Shown here piece by piece: positions 59,713-64,000 of a DNA stretch of 64,000 nt. The stretch is from Parcubacteria group bacterium Gr01-1014_30 (GTDB taxonomy: Bacteria; Patescibacteriota; Minisyncoccia; Minisyncoccales; 2-12-FULL-40-12), in NCBI GenBank assembly GCA_007376185.1, contig VMFS01000001.1, positions 94,206 to 158,205 of the forward strand. Reading direction: 5' to 3'. The position numbers and the translations under genes were made by a program. How positions within the stretch are numbered: the first letter of the stretch is position 1; every line of letters starts with the position of its first letter. The notes beneath the pieces were generated by a model. It had not been told where the DNA came from. It was given only the letters and a program-made list of their open reading frames with translations, and did not search any database.

Positions 59713-61200
59713 CTAGAAGGGGCGGTATAAAATTTCTTTGACTGTTGGAGTAATCTCTTTGATAAAATCTTTAAGTTCGTCTAAATTTTTTATTTTTTCT
59801 ACCTCTGCTTCTATTTGCATAAAAACCTCTTTATAGCTTTTCAAAATTGTATCAATCTCTACTTTCATTATATTTTCGGGTTTATCATCCCAAAAACCAG
59901 AAATCAGCAGTCCAAAAAGAAACAATTGCAGGGCTCTGGGAATTGTTGCTTTCGGCCCTTGGTTAAAAAGAATCTCCACTTTCCTGCCCAGCTCTAAAAT
60001 TTTTTGAGTCTCCAGAGATAATTCTCCGCCAAACTGAGCGATTTCCGTTACTCTTTGATATTCAACCATTTTTTTTCTTATCCAACCGGCTAAAGCCTTG
60101 TCTAATGGCTCTTTGGTTTGATTGCCCACACGAGAAACCGAAAGGAAAGCGTTGATGGCCGGCAGTTTTCCTTTTCTGAAGTCATTAATATCAAAAAAAA
60201 TGTGGCCGTCGGTCATTGCCATCAGATTTGTTTGGATGAATCCAGAGATGTCGTTTTCCAGGGTTTCGGCAACTGGCAGTGCGGTAATGCTTACCCCTTC
60301 CTGCCCATCCAAATTTTTAGTGGGGGATTTGATATTTCCTGCTCTTTCCAGTAAGGCAGCTTGGATGTGAAAGATATCTCCGGGATAGGCGCTTCTCCCG
60401 GGCAGCCTTTTTATTAATAGAGAGATTTCCCGGTAAAATTTTGCATGACTGGTTAGGTCGTCGAGAATAATTAATACATTTTCTCCCTTGTCGCGGAAGT
60501 ATTCGGCAATTGCCATTCCAGAAAAGGGGGCAAGGTAGTTTATGGTTGACGGTTTTTCCGAGGTGGCAACGACCATCACTGTTTTGTCAAAAACGCCCAT
60601 TTCTTTTAGATAATCCTCCACGGCTTTTATTGCCGAAATTTCTTTTCCAATTCCGACATAAACGGAAACTACCCCCCTTTTTGCCTGATTGGAGATGGTT
60701 TGCAAAAGAAGAGTGGTTTTGCCTGTTTTGGCGTCTCCAATAACCATCTCTCTTTGGCCATAACCAATGGGCACCAATAAATCCACCACCATTACGCCGG
60801 TCTCCAGAGGTTTTCCCACCCTTACCCTTTGAGTAATACCGGCAGCCTCTATTTTTATCGGCAAATATTTTTTCTCTCCCAATATTGGTCCCAACCCGTC
60901 TATCGATTCACCGAGAGGGTTGATTATTCTGCCCAAGAGCTTCTGGGAAGCCGGAATTCTAAAAGGATTTTTAGTCCTGGATACCCCTGTCCCGACTTTT
61001 AATTTTGTAACATCAAACATTAAAATTTCGGCTACCTCTCTGTCCAAACCATGTACCACGCCTCTTTCCTCGTTTTCGGTAATGACCATTTCTCCCAATC
61101 TTAAGGAGGGGAGGCCTGAGATGTGAGCTAAATAATGGTTCAATCCTACGACCCGACCTATTTCTGCTGTTTTTTCTAAATGTTCTCTAAAATTCGCCAT
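59713..61200 (-). CDS. atpA: F-type ATP synthase alpha subunit
   Basis: P-loop GDAKTGKT. 495 aa. Confidence 0.9.
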   Translation of the reverse strand: MANFREHLEKTAEIGRVVGLNHYLAHISGLPSLRLGEMVITENEERGVVHGLDREVAEILMFDVTKLKVGTGVSRTKNPFRIPASQKLLGRIINPLGESIDGLGPILGEKKYLPIKIEAAGITQRVRVGKPLETGVMVVDLLVPIGYGQREMVIGDAKTGKTTLLLQTISNQAKRGVVSVYVGIGKEISAIKAVEDYLKEMGVFDKTVMVVATSEKPSTINYLAPFSGMAIAEYFRDKGENVLIILDDLTSHAKFYREISLLIKRLPGRSAYPGDIFHIQAALLERAGNIKSPTKNLDGQEGVSITALPVAETLENDISGFIQTNLMAMTDGHIFFDINDFRKGKLPAINAFLSVSRVGNQTKEPLDKALAGWIRKKMVEYQRVTEIAQFGGELSLETQKILELGRKVEILFNQGPKATIPRALQLFLFGLLISGFWDDKPENIMKVEIDTILKSYKEVFMQIEAEVEKIKNLDELKDFIKEITPTVKEILYRPF

Positions 61201-61543
61201 GATTTGAAAGAAAGAACTTGTCTATTTCTCCTGCCAATGAGAAATCGCGCCAATTCCCCTGGTATTCTATTATGGCGCCAGCAACAATTTTCGGATTTAT
61301 GGTAAGATTTAAAATAACTTTCTGACCCGATTCTTTCTCAAGCCATTCACTAATTTTATTAAGAAAATTGTCTTTAGGAGAAAACGCAATTTCCAACTTA
61401 ATCTCAGGCAGAGACTTGAGCTTTTTTTCCAGCTTGAGGTCGACCTCATTTTTTAATTTTTTTTGAGCAATTTCATCTAAAACCAATATTAAATCTTCTC
61501 TCGTCCTTATTTTTTTTACAAAATCTCCAGAGACCTTTTTCAT
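61187..61543 (-). CDS. atpH: F-type ATP synthase delta (OSCP) subunit, C-terminal domain only (118 aa)
   Basis: LNLTINPKIVAGAIIEYQGNWRDFSLAGEI matches the delta C-terminal consensus. Confidence 0.6.
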   Translation of the reverse strand: MKKVSGDFVKKIRTREDLILVLDEIAQKKLKNEVDLKLEKKLKSLPEIKLEIAFSPKDNFLNKISEWLEKESGQKVILNLTINPKIVAGAIIEYQGNWRDFSLAGEIDKFFLSNHGEF

Positions 61544-61550
61544 ACACTCC

Positions 61551-62058
61551 TACGAAATTACGAAAATAATACTAAAGTACGAAACTCACTTATTTTTTAT
61601 ATTAAATTTACTACCCTTTTGAATTTTACGCCCTCTTTTGTAAAATTTACCATTATTCCTAGTTTGGATCCGCTTGCTTTTAGATAAGCATATACTTGCT
61701 CAATATGTCTTCGGGGAAATTTGTTACCCTTTTTAAACTCCAATACCACTTGATTTTCTATAACAAAATCTAAGAAGTAACCTCCAATCCCCTTTCTTTT
61801 ATAAATCAGTGGAGCGGCAACTTGTTCCTTATATCTTAACCCACAATTTTTAAGTTCTACGGCAACAGCTCTTTGATAATATTTTTCCTGGTAATCACTA
61901 CCTAATTGCCTATATATCTCAAAAAGAATGCCAATAATTTGATAACATAACTTAGGATAAATTAAATCATTTCTTTTAAGATAAGGTTTATTTTCCATTT
62001 TTTATAGTGGAAACCTAAATTTTCGTACTTTCGTAAAAAATTTCGTAATTTCGTAACC
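61551..62058. mobile_element. about 510-bp mini-element: GxxExxY gene bounded by 40-bp terminal inverted repeats of 'tacgaaa' heptads
   Basis: Inverted repeats at 61551-61587 and 62017-62058 are reverse complements of each other. They match the palindrome at 47195-47280. Confidence 0.65.
61597..61998 (-). CDS. GxxExxY-family protein (PD-(D/E)XK nuclease-like)
   Basis: IIGILFEIYRQLGSDYQEKYYQRAVAVEL...GYFLDFVIENQVVLEFK...KLGIMVNF follows the GxxExxY family pattern. Confidence 0.7.
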   Translation of the reverse strand: MENKPYLKRNDLIYPKLCYQIIGILFEIYRQLGSDYQEKYYQRAVAVELKNCGLRYKEQVAAPLIYKRKGIGGYFLDFVIENQVVLEFKKGNKFPRRHIEQVYAYLKASGSKLGIMVNFTKEGVKFKRVVNLI

Positions 62059-62696
62059 TTAGAAGATTTCCCTTTTTGCTTTTTCCAGGGCTTCCATTAC
62101 CAATTTCTCGTGGTCAGAAAGGTCAATCGCTTTACCTATTGTTTTTTTAGCCACCTTCGAAAGTATCTGATAAATTTTTTGGTCTATTTCTCCAATCTCC
62201 TTTTTTTTATAATCTTCAATCTCTCCTTGTACTTCTTCAACCTTTTTGTTAATGGCTTCTCTGGTTGATTGCAAGGTCTGAGCCGACGTTTTTAAATACG
62301 CCTCTTGGATTTTAACAAATTTTTCTTCAGCCGCCCGATTTAATCCCAAAATTTTATTTTCCGTCCCTTCTAAAATTATATTTTGCACGTCTTGAGCAGA
62401 TTTTGATAGATTAGCAGCTTCCTTAGTTATGCGTTCTGCGAATTCTCCAAGCACTTTTTGAATCTCCTGATTTCCGTCTGCAAATTTGCTTTTGTAGCTT
62501 TTTATGATTTCTTGGGTAGCTTCCTGGAACGCATCTCTGAACTCCCTGACGTTTTTTTGCAACTCTTTTTCATTTCTTCTTGACGGTCTTCTTGTCAAGA
62601 AGAAGAAGAGTCCAAGTAAAGCCACAGCCTCGGCGGCTCCAAGAAAGAAAATAATGAAGGTTAGAAGGTCTGAACATTCAACTAACAACTCAAACA

Positions 62697-62697
<1 letters not shown>
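62059..62697 (-). CDS. atpF: F-type ATP synthase b subunit (long form)
   Basis: N-terminal TM helix followed by about 170 aa of charged helix. Confidence 0.6.
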
Positions 62698-63476
<779 letters not shown>

Positions 63477-63494
63477 TTATGCAGGAAAATAAAA

Positions 63495-63850
63495 ATGCAA
63501 TTCAAGATTAACAAACAATTCGGTTTTTTGCCAGAGCCACACACCAACTTTATTTTTGCCGCGATTGTCGAAGAGTTTGGGTTAGTTGGAGTGGTGGTTT
63601 TGCTTTTTTACTTTTAGCTCTGTTTTGGCGAACGCTGAAAATAGCGCTGGATGCCGCAAACAATTTTCCACGACTCTTCGCGACTGGCTTTGCTATTGTC
63701 TTAATATCCAAAGCATTTATCAATATCGGAATGAATATCGGCATATTTTAGATTGTTGGGTTTCTTTTGCCTCTGGCGAATTAAGGCGTTCATCATTAAC
63801 TGCAACTTTCGTTGCTTTAGGTTTTCTGCAGAGCTTAAGAATCGGATAAG
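63495..63850 (+). pseudogene. degenerate duplicate of the 3' third of the RodA/FtsW-family gene
   Basis: About 85% nucleotide identity to 54998-55329. Translation MQFKINKQFGFLPEPHTNFIFAAIVEEFGLVGVVVLLFYF stops; downstream frames are broken. Confidence 0.65.
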
Positions 63851-63945
63851 ATTTCAGATAACCGATACATCTGAAGGTTATCCACTCCATGCCTATTGAC
63901 AGGATTTTTTGTATATTGGACAATTGAGTAATAGTTATGCCAGAG

Positions 63946-64000
63946 GATTTTATTTCACTTCAAGCAGCTACTCAATTCTGCAATTACACACAGGAGTATT
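63946..64000 (+). CDS. 5' end of an unidentified gene running off the window
   Basis: ATG preceded by TTGACAGG-N17-TATATT. Open to the window end. Confidence 0.25.

Overview
The window is a gene-dense, strongly operonic bacterial chromosome segment of about 45% GC. I found no rRNA genes and no CRISPR array. The gene content looks like a streamlined CPR/Patescibacteria-type genome, but this is inference only. Supporting content: a DNA-uptake pilus system (comEA, comFC, pilM/N/O/B/T/C/D and five pilin-like genes), a RodA/FtsW-family protein, PBP1A, an archease-RtcB pair, NAD-dependent LigA, UvrB, MutM, and a rearranged F1Fo ATP synthase operon.

Main content, in order:
- (i) A tight nine-gene plus-strand operon (66-8570). 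It encodes a MIO-type aromatic amino-acid ammonia-lyase/aminomutase, a PaaK/GH3-like adenylating ligase, a ThiF/E1-like adenylyltransferase, a nitroreductase-fold protein, a SAM methyltransferase, a multi-TM histidine kinase and a stand-alone receiver. I cannot place this combination in a known pathway; it is my best candidate for an undescribed biosynthetic or signalling system.
- (ii) Housekeeping genes (PBP1A, yebC, tsaE, 5'-3' exonuclease, mutM, holA, rpsT, uvrB, Mur-ligase-like, archease, rtcB, Nif3-like, thiI).
- (iii) A tRNA cluster (two tRNA-Arg, two tRNA-Ser) carrying a GIY-YIG remnant and a duplicated tRNA 3' end.
- (iv) An accessory island (about 29.7-40.7 kb). It holds a giant FN3/peptidoglycan-binding surface protein split by a G8 homopolymer, two TolB-like beta-propeller paralogues, an XRE regulator with a Cys-rich secreted protein, a RelB/RelE pair, and cassettes bounded by recurring short 5' and 3' motifs plus a duplicated GC-rich structured element.
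- (v) The pilus gene cluster, with a GIY-YIG gene between inverted repeats.
- (vi) ligA and a RodA/FtsW-family gene.
- (vii) The ATP synthase operon. It is interrupted by a histidine kinase/receiver pair and by a GxxExxY (PD-(D/E)XK-like) gene bounded by 40-bp 'tacgaaa' inverted repeats. An empty palindromic copy of the same repeats lies after pilT. The c-subunit gene looks aberrant and a degenerate rodA 3' fragment sits upstream.

All calls come from reading the supplied ORF translations and the DNA. No database searches were run.
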